Source of the DNA: an uncultured Dehalococcoidia bacterium
GTDB lineage: Bacteria; Chloroflexota; Dehalococcoidia; DSTF01; JACRBR01
DNA length: 64,000 bases
Direction: 5' to 3'
NCBI GenBank assembly: GCA_964599885.1
Contig: CAZRHH010000005.1
Coordinates: 23,431 to 87,430 of the forward strand
The notes under the pieces were generated by a model. That model was not told the origin of the DNA. It searched no databases and was given only the letters and a program-made list of their open reading frames with translations. Positions 37,050 to 46,225 of this stretch are shown here, piece by piece. The translations under genes were made by a program, and so were the position numbers. Within the stretch, counting starts at the first letter, position 1. Every line of letters begins with the position of its first letter.

Positions 37050-37364
37050 CGCTGGCTCACCTCCGACGGATCCGTCCGCCGATAGAACTAAGTGATGCTC
37101 CGGGACCGCCCTGATTCGCGTATCTCGTCCGAGTTGACAACGCCGTCGCGAAATTTTCCCCGCCGGACATAATTCATGCTCCTGGGAGCCGGTTTAGGCA
37201 TTCCCGACAACAACGGTCGATGTAAGATAGGGCCAGCACACCCCCCACACCCGCTCGGCCGTTGGCCCGGTGCGGGCATGGCCAAACGGAGTCCATTCTC
37301 CGACTATCTCTATACAGCAGCATTGAGGATTTGCGCGTGATTCCCTGTCCGATCCGAGGGTGTC

Positions 37365-37937
37365 GTGGTTAACCGAACGATCAACGCCGAAGGCTACATG
37401 ATGCCCCTCGGCGGTCCCGAGTTTTGGCTTCAGGCTGAACTCCAGGACGCCATGGACCGGCTCATCAAGCATCACTTTCGCGATGTGCTGCTCATGCCGC
37501 GTTCCCCGTATCCGCGCGTCGAGCTCAGCGGCCGCATGACGTCCAGCGCCGGTCGCTGCTATCCAGATACCGGCCTCATTCGCATCGCGACGCTGTACCA
37601 CCGCGACCACGGCATCGATGAGACGCTGCTCGTCCTCAAGCACGAACTTGCCCACTGGGCGGCGCGCTGGCGGTATGGCACGCGCATCGCGCCGCATGGA
37701 GCGCAATTCCGTGACGTCGCACACGAACTGGATCCGCGCATCACCGTGACATGTCCGCCGTTCGCACATAAGGAACGCGCGCAGCGCCGCACGTGGGCGA
37801 TGATGTGCCCGCACTGCCGCCGCCGCTACAGCCGCCGGCGCCGCGACAAGGTGGCGTGCCGCGCCTGCTGCGACAACTACGCAGGCGGCCAGTACGATCG
37901 TCGCTTCCGTCTCCGCGTCATCCCGCGTGCCGAGTGA
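37365..37937 (+). CDS. SprT-like zinc metalloprotease domain protein with C-terminal zinc ribbon
   Basis: 'LLVLKHELAHW' HExxH motif, C-terminal 'CPHCRRRY...CRACC' Cys cluster. GTG start; alternative ATG at 37398. Confidence 0.65.
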   Translation: MVNRTINAEGYMMPLGGPEFWLQAELQDAMDRLIKHHFRDVLLMPRSPYPRVELSGRMTSSAGRCYPDTGLIRIATLYHRDHGIDETLLVLKHELAHWAARWRYGTRIAPHGAQFRDVAHELDPRITVTCPPFAHKERAQRRTWAMMCPHCRRRYSRRRRDKVACRACCDNYAGGQYDRRFRLRVIPRAE

Positions 37938-38610
37938 TCCTCCTCGCGTAGCCGTTCTCTTCGATCTCGATGGCGTAATCGTCGACAGCCGCGCGCACCA
38001 CGTTGCGGCGTGGGAGCAGTGGGCGCGCGAGCATGCACCCGAATCGCCGCCCAGTTACTTCACACAGATGTTCGGCCTGCGCAACGACGCGATCATCGGC
38101 GGGCTCTTGCCGAACCTCGAGTCCGCCGAACTCTCCCGGCTGGCCGCGCACAAGGAGTCGCTCTTCCGCGCATCAGCACGCGGCGCACTCGAGCGCCTCC
38201 CCGGCGTGCGGGCGTTGCTCGACACCCTGGACGGGGAGCGCGTCCCAACGGCCATCGTCACGTCCACGCCGCGAGAGAACCTGGCGCTCATCCTCGACAC
38301 GCTCCACCTGACCGGCCGCTTCACCACCCTGGTCGCTGAAGAAGACGCCGAGCGTGGCAAGCCCGACCCGCAAGGCTTCCTCATCGCCGCCGAACGTCTC
38401 GGCATCGAGCCCGAACGGTGCGTGGTGATCGAGGACGCGCCCGCCGGACTCCGGGCAGCGAAGACCGGCGGCATGCGCGCGATCGGCGTCACGTCGACGC
38501 ATCCAGCGCCGGATCTCGGCGACGCCGACCTCATCGTCGCGTCACTCGCCGAGGGATCGGTCCGGAAGTTCATCCTCGGAGGTCGGAGCGACTCGCCTTC
38601 GGTCGTGTAG
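37927..38610 (+). CDS. HAD-superfamily hydrolase (subfamily IA, beta-phosphoglucomutase-like)
   Basis: Motif I 'VLFDLDGVIVDS', motif II 'TSTP', motif III/IV 'KPDPQGF...IEDAPAGLRAA'. Confidence 0.85.
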   Translation: MPSDPPRVAVLFDLDGVIVDSRAHHVAAWEQWAREHAPESPPSYFTQMFGLRNDAIIGGLLPNLESAELSRLAAHKESLFRASARGALERLPGVRALLDTLDGERVPTAIVTSTPRENLALILDTLHLTGRFTTLVAEEDAERGKPDPQGFLIAAERLGIEPERCVVIEDAPAGLRAAKTGGMRAIGVTSTHPAPDLGDADLIVASLAEGSVRKFILGGRSDSPSVV

Positions 38611-38831
38611 CTCGTTGACAACGTAGCTTCGCCCGGCGTACCATCGCCCCCACCGGCGACAACAACGAAGCCTGACGAAGCAACCGGCAATCGGCACAGC
38701 GTTCACCTTTCGACGGGCAGGGCGTTGTACGAGCGACCGGATCGCTAGCCCTGGCGTCGTGCGTGCGGATCCGCGCACCTCTACTATCGCAATCACGCAG
38801 AGTCTGATGTTCACGACAGCGAGGGCAAGCC

Positions 38832-40196
38832 ATGCACAAGAAGGCATTGGGACTAGCGGCGGCGATGCTGATCATCGCCGTGATCGGCTTCGCGTTCATG
38901 GGCGTGGCGGCGGCCGGCAGCAACAATCGCGGCGCGAAACCGACGAAGACCCCCAAGCCTGAGCCGACGCGCAACGAGCGCCATCTTCCCGCCAGCATTC
39001 AACTCACGCCCGACCCGCTGCAGATCGCCTGTGACGGCGTCGAGGCGAGCACGCTCATGGTGCGCGTCACCGACGCACGCGGCAAGACGGTCCCGAATGG
39101 CACGGTCGCCACCTTCAGCGTGGACTACGGCGTCGCCCAGCCTTCGCAGACTGAGACCCGCAAGGGCGAAGCGAAGACGAACATCGTCCTCTCACGCCAG
39201 GCAGCGAGTTCGTTCTCTGGCGCCTTCGCGACGGTGCGGGTCGGCGACATCGAGGCTTCCATCCGCATCCGCTGCGACGGCGCGGGCGGCTGCGCCCAGT
39301 TTCCGACCAGCCCGCCCTGCCAGCCGCCCGACTGCCCGGCATCGCCGCCAACGAGTCCGCCCTGCGATGATGATCCGGATCCCTGTCCTACGCACCCAAT
39401 GAGCCCGCCGTGTTTGACGGCGACACCTAACAACCCGAACCCCTGCCCGAACGGCGCACCCGTCAGCCCGCCGTGCTTGACCGCGACACCAACCGTTCCG
39501 GATCCCTGCTCCGACCCCGGCGCGCCCTTCAGCCCGCCCTGCGGCACGCCCACGCCCACGCCGAACGCCCCGGCGCGCTTCGCCATCGACTGCGATCTGT
39601 CTTCTGCCGGCATTCAGCAAGATTGTGACTATCCGCTCGATACCGCTGAGATCAAAGTAGGCATCGTACTCGTCAACGATTCCGGGGAGAGCAGATTCAT
39701 GGCCTCGTTCCAATTCGATCTCGTCAACCCACGCAAGGATCTGCTGTTCCCTCCACCCGTGATCGGCACGTTTTACGACGCCAACCCCGATTTCAACGAC
39801 GCATTGAACGCTGAGGGCAACGCTTGGGACTGTGAGATCTTTCCGCTAAGTAACGATACGGGCACGGGCGCGCCCGGGACGACGGTGTCGCGGCTGGGAT
39901 GTCTCGTCCTCGTGCAACCGCCCCCCGGTAGTATCGTCCCGGCGAACGGCGCCGTTCTACTCGCCACCGTCTCCTTTGACGTCACCGACGGAGCACCGGC
40001 CTCCGACATCCGGCTCGGACTCACGCAAGCGCTTGCCGCGGACGAATTCGGTATGGACTTCACGGATTGCTACTTCCCGCCGGGTCTGTGCACTACGGCC
40101 ACCATCCATCTGTTCAACCCGCTGCTTACGCCCCTTCCGGGCGGCACAGATACTCCGACCCCGATAACCAACATCACACCCACGCCGGCGCCGTAG
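38832..40196 (+). CDS. Secreted/cell-surface protein: Ig-like (Big-type) domain, six 'SPPC' Pro/Cys-rich repeats, C-terminal domain with Thr/Pro-rich tail
   Basis: N-terminal signal/TM, 'LQIACDGVEASTLMVRVTDARGKTVPNGTVATFSV' Ig-like block, '(T/M/V/F)SPPC' repeated 6 times between aa 155 and 240, C-terminal 'GGTDTPTPITNITPTPAP'. Confidence 0.55.
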   Translation: MHKKALGLAAAMLIIAVIGFAFMGVAAAGSNNRGAKPTKTPKPEPTRNERHLPASIQLTPDPLQIACDGVEASTLMVRVTDARGKTVPNGTVATFSVDYGVAQPSQTETRKGEAKTNIVLSRQAASSFSGAFATVRVGDIEASIRIRCDGAGGCAQFPTSPPCQPPDCPASPPTSPPCDDDPDPCPTHPMSPPCLTATPNNPNPCPNGAPVSPPCLTATPTVPDPCSDPGAPFSPPCGTPTPTPNAPARFAIDCDLSSAGIQQDCDYPLDTAEIKVGIVLVNDSGESRFMASFQFDLVNPRKDLLFPPPVIGTFYDANPDFNDALNAEGNAWDCEIFPLSNDTGTGAPGTTVSRLGCLVLVQPPPGSIVPANGAVLLATVSFDVTDGAPASDIRLGLTQALAADEFGMDFTDCYFPPGLCTTATIHLFNPLLTPLPGGTDTPTPITNITPTPAP

Positions 40197-40284
40197 CCGC
40201 CCAACGTGCGATTCGTCGTGGCGAGGTAATCGCGTTGGATCGCGCGTTCGATGTCCGTCCCTCTGCGAAGCTGTGGAAGACCGC

Positions 40285-40530
40285 CTACGCCCGCGTCATC
40301 CGGTCGACGACGCCGAGCACTGATTCGACCAGCACGTGGTCGCCCGGCTGCGGGTCGTCGTAGATCATGTCGAACGACAGCCGCGCCTCGCGCGACTGCT
40401 CCGGCGCCGACGTGAGGCGGAACAGCACCGCGAAGTAGCGCGTACCATGCAACTCATACGGCCGCACATCGACGATCTCGCCGTCCTGCGGCTTCGCCCG
40501 TTCCCCGCCGCGTACCCACTTCCCGCTCAC
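40285..40530 (-). CDS. Hypothetical protein (81 aa)
   Basis: ORF with good codon usage, co-directional with and abutting the DUF35 gene; no recognisable family. Confidence 0.3.
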   Translation of the reverse strand: MSGKWVRGGERAKPQDGEIVDVRPYELHGTRYFAVLFRLTSAPEQSREARLSFDMIYDDPQPGDHVLVESVLGVVDRMTRA

Positions 40531-40937
40531 GCGTCCGCCTTCGTGAAGCGCACGAGCGTCGTATCGTCCGACACGTCGTCGAAGTACGCCTGCAGTGGCA
40601 TATCGACGTGCAGCTCATCATCCGGCACGCCGACGACGTTCGAGACGATGCGCGGCCCCTCGTCCAGCTCGACGACGGCGTACTGGTAGGGAACCTCGTC
40701 CTCAAAGCCCGGGAACTTCTGATGCATCAGCCCGAAGCTGTAGAGCGTGCCGCGCCCGCTCGCCGCCACCCACGCCGTCTCAGTCGACCAGCAGTCCGGG
40801 CAGCGCGGCCGCGACGGCAGCCGGTACGCGCCGCAGCTCTCACACCGCATCAGCATCAGCTCATGCCGCCGCGCGCCCTCATAGAACTCGCGCGATTCGT
40901 CATCGGCCTGCGGGATCGGGCGTGTGTAGTCGGTCAT
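40527..40937 (-). CDS. Zn-ribbon/OB-fold protein (DUF35 family), partner of SCP-x-type thiolases
   Basis: 'CESCGAYRLPSRPRCPDC' rubredoxin-like knuckle followed by an OB-fold region. Confidence 0.75.
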   Translation of the reverse strand: MTDYTRPIPQADDESREFYEGARRHELMLMRCESCGAYRLPSRPRCPDCWSTETAWVAASGRGTLYSFGLMHQKFPGFEDEVPYQYAVVELDEGPRIVSNVVGVPDDELHVDMPLQAYFDDVSDDTTLVRFTKADA

Positions 40938-41350
40938 CGTCGATTTCGCGCCGCCGGCTTCGCCCGGGATCGCGCCGGCGGGGCGGCGGCCTCACCGGCG
41001 AACGCCGCTACCAGCTTCGCCGGCGCCAGCCGCCGCCACGACTGCTCGATCAGCTCGCGCCGTTCGCTCTCGCGCACCTGCGTCAATCGGACGAGAATCG
41101 TCGGATAACCACGATAGTGATCCGTTAGAAAGAAGGCTTCCGGCATCGTAGACATCAGGAACTCCTGCTCGATGTCCTCCACGGGCTTCAGCACAAGCAC
41201 ACCCTCCTCGCGCAGCCGCGCAATGAACTTGTTCTTCACGTAGAACCCCGGCGTGCCGTACGACGAACGCTCGCCGACTTCCGGAAGCGCCAGCATCATC
41301 TCCCGCACCTGCTCGAACGACACGCCCTTTGGCTTCGCCATCACCCTCAC
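40934..41350 (-). CDS. MmcQ/YjbR-like (DUF419-like) hypothetical protein
   Basis: Pattern 'FYVKNKFIARLREEGVLVLKP...YRGYPTILVRL' resembles the YjbR/MmcQ family. Confidence 0.4.
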   Translation of the reverse strand: MRVMAKPKGVSFEQVREMMLALPEVGERSSYGTPGFYVKNKFIARLREEGVLVLKPVEDIEQEFLMSTMPEAFFLTDHYRGYPTILVRLTQVRESERRELIEQSWRRLAPAKLVAAFAGEAAAPPARSRAKPAARNRR

Positions 41351-42537
41351 CCCTTATCCGGCGACAGCACGAGCGTGCTGTGATGATCGAGTATCCCGCC
41401 GTTGCCGGTGACCAGCACCACATCGTGCTTCGCGACCTGACGCTCGCCGCCCTGACCGCGCGCCTGGATCACACCCTCCGATAGCGGCGTCATACCCCAC
41501 ATGTAGAACGCGCTCAACTGACCGCCACCCGTGTTCGTCGGCAGCGAGCCGCCCGGCCCCAGCTTGCCATCCGCGACGAATGGGCCGCCCTCGCCCTTCG
41601 CGCAGAAGCCGTAGTCCTCGAGCGTCACCAGCACCGTGTACGTGTAGCAGTCGTACGCCTGCAGCACGTCCACGTCTTCGATACCGATGCCGGCCATCGC
41701 GAACGCCGTCGCCTTCGACATCGGCGCCCCCGTCTGCGTTTCGACATCCCAGCCCTTGCGCCGCATGTCGCCCGGGTGCCCCTGCCCCATGCCCCAGATG
41801 TACGCCGGCGGCTGCGCCAGGTCGCGCGCTTCATCCGCCCGCGAGACGATCACCGCCACGCCGCCGTTCGACACGAGGCAGCAGTCCAGCAGGTGCAGCG
41901 GCTCCGCCACCCACCGCGACGCGTGGTAATCCTCCATCGTGATCGGCGCGCGATGTTCCGCGAGCGGGTTCATCGCCGCCCATGCCCGCTCGGCGACAGC
42001 GATCGCGCCGAAGTGGTCGTTCGTCGTGCCGTACATCGCCATGTGGCGACGCGCCGCGATCGCGTAATGCGCGTTGATGCCAAACACGCCAAACGCCGGA
42101 TAGAGCCCGCCCATACCGCTCGGGCGTGTCGGGCGCCCCATGCTGGCGTACACGGAACCGCCGCCCTTGCCCTCACGCAGCGGCGCATCCGCGAACACGC
42201 ACACGACGTGATTCGCCATCCCGTGAATCACCGCCAGCGCGGCGTACTGCACCATCACGTTCGCCGTCGCGCCGCCGACGGTCATGCTCGAAAGCAGCCG
42301 CAGGTGCGTCAACCCAAGATAGTTCTGCAACCCGACGCCACCCATCCCGCCCGGTGACGTCACCCCCGGATTCACGAGCAGCCCGTCGATCTGCTCCTTC
42401 CGCAGTCCTGCATCGGCAACGGCGCGCTGGATCGCCTCCGCGGCGAAGTGCGACGTGTCATGCCCGTACACGCGCCCCATCTCGGAAATGCCGAGCCCCG
42501 TGATAGCCGCCTTCGCCTTCAGTTCGCGTCCGTCCAT
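41347..42537 (-). CDS. Thiolase-family protein (SCP-x/lipid-transfer-protein type, nondecarboxylating)
   Basis: 396 aa with thiolase fold signatures 'GGATANVMVQ', 'NGGVAVIVS', 'NTGGGQLS'. Classic pairing with the adjacent DUF35 gene. Confidence 0.8.
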   Translation of the reverse strand: MDGRELKAKAAITGLGISEMGRVYGHDTSHFAAEAIQRAVADAGLRKEQIDGLLVNPGVTSPGGMGGVGLQNYLGLTHLRLLSSMTVGGATANVMVQYAALAVIHGMANHVVCVFADAPLREGKGGGSVYASMGRPTRPSGMGGLYPAFGVFGINAHYAIAARRHMAMYGTTNDHFGAIAVAERAWAAMNPLAEHRAPITMEDYHASRWVAEPLHLLDCCLVSNGGVAVIVSRADEARDLAQPPAYIWGMGQGHPGDMRRKGWDVETQTGAPMSKATAFAMAGIGIEDVDVLQAYDCYTYTVLVTLEDYGFCAKGEGGPFVADGKLGPGGSLPTNTGGGQLSAFYMWGMTPLSEGVIQARGQGGERQVAKHDVVLVTGNGGILDHHSTLVLSPDKG

Positions 42538-42707
42538 GCGCTGCTCCTTCGTGCGTGCAGTGTCGCCGTGTCAGCATGATGCGGCAAGACGCGCTGCCCT
42601 ATCTCCCGCGCCACATCGATCCATCCTCCAGCTTCTATCCTCCAATCCCGGGCGCAGCTACCGGCACGTCCCGGCGCAACCTACAATGCGCGACCGGAGG
42701 ACGATCG

Positions 42708-44042
42708 ATGCCCACACTTCTGGATCGCGCCCGCGAGTTACTACGGCTGCGCGAAACGCAGATCGTCGCGGCGATCACCCTGATCGCGCTGGCCCTGCGT
42801 CTCGTCTGGGTGCTGACGGTCGACACTGGGCTGCTCGAATACGCCGACATGCAGTGGTACTACGTCACCGCCAAGAACCTCGCCGATGGCCACGGGCTGA
42901 CCGTTCGCGTTGAGCCGCCGGCCGGCAACATCCCCGGCCCCGGCGGAGTGCAGGCCGTACTCTGGCCGCCCGGATATCCGCTCGCACTCGGCGCCGTCTT
43001 CAAGGTGTTCGGCGCCAGTTTGACCGCCGGCAAGGTGCTAAACGCCGTCATCAGCGCGCTCACGGTGCCGCTCGTCTATCTGCTGGCGCGTCGCGTATTC
43101 GGTAAACGCCAGGCGCTCGTCGCCGCCGTGCTGTTCGCGCTCTATCCCGCAAGCATCGTCTGGACGTCGGTGCTCTTCTCCGACACGGCGTCGGTGCTGC
43201 CGTTTGCGGCGGCGACGGTCGTGCTGCTGTACGCCGGCCCACACCCCGAGCCACGCACAGCGCTCGCATTCGGCGCGCTCGCCGGCGCCGCGACGATCAT
43301 TCGACCGCAAGCCGCCGTCATCGTCCTCGCCGCGATCGGGTATTGGTGGCTGCGCAGCGAGCGCAAGCGCGACACGCTCGCGCCGCTCGCCGCGAGCATC
43401 GCCGGCGTCTGCCTGTTCGTCGTCCCGATCAGCGTCTGGAACAGCGTGCGATACGACGGACCGATGCTGCTCTCACAGAACGCCGGCTACAACCTCCGCA
43501 TCGGCCACGCGCCGTACTCGACCGGACGCTACGCGCAGCCCGTCGATCTCTGGGCCGCCACACCGAACTTCGACCGCGGCGATCTCCCCGACGAGGGGCT
43601 CGCGTTTCGTCGCGCGATCAAGTACGCCGCCACGCATCCGCTTCGTGAAGTCGAGCTGTCGGGGCGCAAACTCTTCTACCTCTACACGACGGACTCCGAC
43701 GCCGTCGTATTCGCATCGACGGCCGGCCGCACGCCCATCCGCTCAGCGGATTTCACGCAGCGCCTGATGGATCTCTCGGACGTCGTCGCGTTCGGCGTGT
43801 TGATTCTCGCCGTCGCGTCACTGCCGCTAACGTTCTCGCTGCGAGACGAGCGGCTCGCGCTGTGGCTCATCGTGCTATTGTGGTCAGCGGCTCACGTCGT
43901 CTTCTTCGGCGAACCCCGCTTTCGCCTGCCGGTCCTGCCGATCGTGCTGACGTTCGCCGCCGTCACCCTCGTCGAAGCCGCCCGCCTCGCCGCCGCATCC
44001 TTCCGCGAAGATCACCCAACAACGAAAGCGCCAGGCGGCTAG
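42708..44042 (+). CDS. GT-C / GT39-family (PMT_2/ArnT-like) membrane glycosyltransferase
   Basis: SD GGAGGA. Polytopic; 'DMQWYYVTAKNLADGHG' loop-1 motif; 'PPGYPLALGAVF'; at least 10 TM. Confidence 0.7.
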   Translation: MPTLLDRARELLRLRETQIVAAITLIALALRLVWVLTVDTGLLEYADMQWYYVTAKNLADGHGLTVRVEPPAGNIPGPGGVQAVLWPPGYPLALGAVFKVFGASLTAGKVLNAVISALTVPLVYLLARRVFGKRQALVAAVLFALYPASIVWTSVLFSDTASVLPFAAATVVLLYAGPHPEPRTALAFGALAGAATIIRPQAAVIVLAAIGYWWLRSERKRDTLAPLAASIAGVCLFVVPISVWNSVRYDGPMLLSQNAGYNLRIGHAPYSTGRYAQPVDLWAATPNFDRGDLPDEGLAFRRAIKYAATHPLREVELSGRKLFYLYTTDSDAVVFASTAGRTPIRSADFTQRLMDLSDVVAFGVLILAVASLPLTFSLRDERLALWLIVLLWSAAHVVFFGEPRFRLPVLPIVLTFAAVTLVEAARLAAASFREDHPTTKAPGG

Positions 44043-44072
44043 CAGGAATGCCGCCTCTCCGACCTCCCACCC

Positions 44073-45389
44073 CTACCCTCTGCGCCTCCGTGCCTCTGTG
44101 GTAAAGATCCAAACGCGCATGACAACGCCCGCCGACAGCACCGCCATCACCGGCACCAGCGGCGCGTGATAGCGCGGCTCGCCCGCGAACATCGTGTGCA
44201 GCAGCACCCACACGCCGCACGCCGACCACAACGCCCACGCCACGCGCGTCCGCGCGACGAACAGCGGCGACACGATCGTCAGCGCCAGCAGCGGATACCA
44301 GTAGGCGTGACCGAGCCAGGTCCACACGTCCCGATCGCCGACGCTGATCTCCGTGCGTCCGAGACTCTCCGACCAGCGGATCGCCGGCCGCGCGTCCGAC
44401 CTCAGCAAATAGCCGACGCGCCGCACTGCGAGCTCCGCTTCGCGCTGCGGATGATCGAACGCGTACTCGATCGCCCGCTCCGTGCCGAGATCGTTGAACA
44501 ACGCCTCGCGCTCTTTGAAGCTGATGCCCGGCTGCTCGTCCCAGAGATCCTGCGGCGGGATCGACGTCCCCTTTGAGTACGGCGCGTGCGCCAGCCGCAG
44601 GTTGTAGCCGAGATTGTTGTTGATCAGCGTCGGCTCGCCCATGCGGATCTCGTTCCGCACCGCCCACGGCACGACGAACAGCGCGATCGCGGCCACCACC
44701 GGCGCGAACGTCCGCATAAGGCTGCGCGCGTCGAACCCGCGCACGAGCAGCACGGCGACCGGCACGATCATCAGCAGCCCCTGCGATCGCACGAACGCCG
44801 TAGCGATCAGCAGCAGCCCCGTCACGAAGTACGCACCAATCGTCCCGCGATCGCGCGCCCAAACAGCACACGCAATCGTCGACGTGATTCCGAGCGTAAA
44901 GAGCGCCTCGCTAAACAGCGCCGCCGTCCAATACACATTCGCCGGCGCAACAGCGACAAGCGCCGCGGCTAGTAGTCCGACAGCGGTGCCGCGGTCGCCC
45001 CGTCTGTTCTCTGCTTCGTGTTCTCTGTTCTCGAACAGCCGCCGCCCCAGGTAAAACGCCGGCGCCACCGTCAGCGCGCCGGCCAGCGCGTTCAGCGCCT
45101 TCGCCCAACGCTCGTCAGCGCCGAACGCCGCGTACAGCGGCGCGATCGCGGCGGGATACCCTGGCGCCCAAAACGCCGTCGCTTCGCTTTCGTCGCCAGA
45201 AACAAACCCGCGCTCGTCCACCGCAACGCTAAACCCCCGCCCCTCGGCGATGTTCACGGCGGTCGCGTGGTAGTACTGCGGATCAGACAGCGGCGGCAGC
45301 ACCGTATCGGTGGCGCCGAGCCAGGCGACGCGCAGACCCAGCGCAACGACGAAGATCGCCGCAAGCGCGACGTACGTGCGCCGCCTCAA
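44073..45389 (-). CDS. GT-C / GT39-family (PMT_2/ArnT-like) membrane glycosyltransferase
   Basis: 'DPQYYHATAVNIAEGRGF' loop-1 motif, 'APGYPAAIAPLY'. Polytopic. Convergent with the preceding GT39 gene. Confidence 0.7.
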   Translation of the reverse strand: MRRRTYVALAAIFVVALGLRVAWLGATDTVLPPLSDPQYYHATAVNIAEGRGFSVAVDERGFVSGDESEATAFWAPGYPAAIAPLYAAFGADERWAKALNALAGALTVAPAFYLGRRLFENREHEAENRRGDRGTAVGLLAAALVAVAPANVYWTAALFSEALFTLGITSTIACAVWARDRGTIGAYFVTGLLLIATAFVRSQGLLMIVPVAVLLVRGFDARSLMRTFAPVVAAIALFVVPWAVRNEIRMGEPTLINNNLGYNLRLAHAPYSKGTSIPPQDLWDEQPGISFKEREALFNDLGTERAIEYAFDHPQREAELAVRRVGYLLRSDARPAIRWSESLGRTEISVGDRDVWTWLGHAYWYPLLALTIVSPLFVARTRVAWALWSACGVWVLLHTMFAGEPRYHAPLVPVMAVLSAGVVMRVWIFTTEARRRRG

Positions 45390-46216
45390 CGCTCAGCGAT
45401 CGACGGACAGATCTTCGCGTCGCCCGGCGGCAGTTCGCCCTCGATGAGTTCCAGAGGCACCGTCGCCGCGATCGCCGGAGCGTCATCCGTCGGTACGGCC
45501 GCGGCCCATGCCCATGAATCGAAACTATTGCTTCGACTGTCACCAAGCACGTAGTAACGGCTTTCGGGCACCGTCAACGGTTCCTGGACGTACTTCGGCG
45601 CTGCGTCTCCGTACACGTCGCCCTCGATGGGCGCGCCATCAATCGTGATCATCCCATCGCGAATTTCGATCGTCTCGCCGGGCAACGCAACAACGCGCCT
45701 GATGAACGTCTGCGTCCGCCGGAGCGGAAACTCGAACACGATCGTCTGGCAGCGTTCGATCGTTGCGTCCGGCTGGCAGAACATCAACGCATCGTTCGCG
45801 GAGTACGCAGGTTCCATCGATGCGCTTTCGTTCACAAGCAAGAGCAGATCGTAATGGGAGACAAATTGACCGAAGTACTCCGGCTCGACTTCAGACACAC
45901 GTTCGCTCGCCGCAGAATCGAACTGATTCGAGAGCGACTCTATTGCTTCGCTGTATTGGTCGTGTACATCGCGCAGTTCTGGAGGTGGATCCAGCTCGCG
46001 CCAATCGCTCGCGTACTGCTCGAGCAACACACGGACGCGCGCCACGTCCTCTTGACTGGTAGCGTTTCGTAGGGTGTCGGCGGATAGCAGCGCAGCAACA
46101 GCGGCTGCGTAGTCGGGCTGCCCGTCACTAATGCGCTCATCCCCGCCATCACACGCGATCGCCCCAAGGGCCATCCCGCCAACAACCAACATCATCAAAA
46201 CCACACGCAGCATCAT
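45386..46216 (-). CDS. lepB: Signal peptidase I (S26) with N-terminal lipoprotein-like extension
   Basis: 'SASMEPAY' (S-M-x-P nucleophile box), 'RRVVALPGETIEIRDG', 'YYVLGDSRSNSFDSW'. N-terminal signal with 'IACDG'. Confidence 0.75.
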   Translation of the reverse strand: MMLRVVLMMLVVGGMALGAIACDGGDERISDGQPDYAAAVAALLSADTLRNATSQEDVARVRVLLEQYASDWRELDPPPELRDVHDQYSEAIESLSNQFDSAASERVSEVEPEYFGQFVSHYDLLLLVNESASMEPAYSANDALMFCQPDATIERCQTIVFEFPLRRTQTFIRRVVALPGETIEIRDGMITIDGAPIEGDVYGDAAPKYVQEPLTVPESRYYVLGDSRSNSFDSWAWAAAVPTDDAPAIAATVPLELIEGELPPGDAKICPSIAER

Positions 46217-46225
46217 GCGCCGATC

